The notes beneath the pieces were generated by a model. The model was not told the DNA's origin and did no database searches. It worked only from the letters and a program-made list of their open reading frames with translations. This document shows positions 63,011 to 64,000 of a DNA stretch of 64,000 nucleotides, one piece after another. Source of the stretch: Dimorphilus gyrociliatus. Taxonomy: Eukaryota > Animalia > Annelida. The position numbers and the translations under genes are program-made. Each line of letters starts with the position of its first letter. Positions within the stretch are counted from its first letter, which is position 1. Location of the stretch: contig CAJFCJ010000084.1 in NCBI GenBank assembly GCA_904063045.1, forward strand, positions 14,384 through 78,383, given 5' to 3'.

Positions 63011-63597
63011 CTTATTTTAGATTATGACACTAACCTTTGGCCAAGTTATAATTTAATTAGCTTTCATAAAGCTCAAGAATTATGTCTACAGGACTTTGTG
63101 ATATCCTGTTACTAAACATAAACATAAACTAGAACTTCCTCCAACTGCAAACTGTTGATTATGTACAACTTTGGTTATATTTTACATGCTTGAATTTTTT
63201 CTCCTATAACTGATAGTATTGACTACACTATAATATAATAACACCTTCTCTCTTTCTCATGTTTATACAAGATTTATTTTGTTACTTTCTTTTACTTGTT
63301 TTCATTTTTTTTCATGTCAGTTAAAATCATTTCTTTAATCCAGTCCATATAGGCTGAAACCTATAAAATAAATAAGAAAAGACATAAATGACTTGAACAG
63401 TTTTTTGGTTTTATGGAAAAAAATAACCCACTCTTGTATAAACGCTCATAGTCTTAGTGCAGCCCTTCACTCCCCAACATTTGTTGTTCTACCCTATATA
63501 AATAATTGGTATTGGCTGGAAAAGGTACAATTTCTCTAACTGTCAAACAAGTAAAATGAGTTTTAGAAGCAAACCCTGATTGGCCAAACGTCCATAG

Positions 63598-63855
63598 TGT
63601 ACTGCTCTTGCTGGCAAAATCTATGCGTTTGCAAGTTATAACAATACTGGTTCTACTCGAACCTTTAAACAAATGTTTAAATTAAAATAATTTGGCAACC
63701 TTTATTGGTAATTAAAGATGAGCCTTGAAGCTGACTAATCAGACTTATGTTTGGCCAATGTTTTAGCATTTTCTTGCATAGGTTTTAAGATGTACATGTA
63801 TATGTTGCATCAAATAATACAGTTCAAGCATGTAAAATATAACCAAAGTTGTACA
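63598..63855 (-). mobile_element. Internally deleted solo LTR of the 20056-20678 family
   Basis: Near-identical to both ends of the 20-kb LTR but lacking about 370 bp of its middle; flanks ATAG and ATAT. Confidence 0.8.
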
Positions 63856-64000
63856 ATATTTAAGAAATGCTACTACCATCATCATATTTTGTGTTGATTT
63901 TTATGGCATTAATAAATAGAAAGCTTTTTTTGTTGCTATCTTCTAGAAAAGATTACTTGGCTATTTAACTCCATTTTGAAAAGAAAAAATATATAAATAA

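Noticed and set aside
63162-63855. A 694-bp MITE defined by inverted TGTACAACTTTGG ends
   Set aside because: The PPT at 20680-20692 shows this sequence is an LTR start; the apparent TIRs are separate LTR pieces in opposite orientation, without a clean TSD.

Overview
AT-rich metazoan genomic DNA with short (about 45-100 nt) GT-AG introns and one assembly gap (N run 13198-13852). The gene content and TTAGGG-like motifs suggest a compact-genome lophotrochozoan such as an annelid; this is inference only. The window is a cluster of receptor and extracellular-protein genes in various states of decay, mixed with transposon debris. It holds three GRL101-like LDLa-LRR-7TM receptors, two of them with very large SRCR-like and C-type-lectin-like ectodomains. 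It also holds an intact intronless RING-LRR gene, small rhodopsin-type GPCRs (one intact, several broken), two PAN/trefoil genes sharing an unrecognised Cys-rich C-terminal domain, and a MAM-MAM pseudo-protease gene. Mobile elements include Gypsy-like LTR pieces, mariner and LINE remnants, a near-intact MULE transposase and a MULE-type MITE with a 9-bp TSD. The most striking observation is a 3192-bp degenerate NLR-like segment with LRRs placed before the NACHT domain. It fills, edge to edge, an antisense GT-AG interval that splits a MAM exon in frame. Clean internal deletions recur in many genes. All domain calls are by-eye motif recognition; no searches were run.
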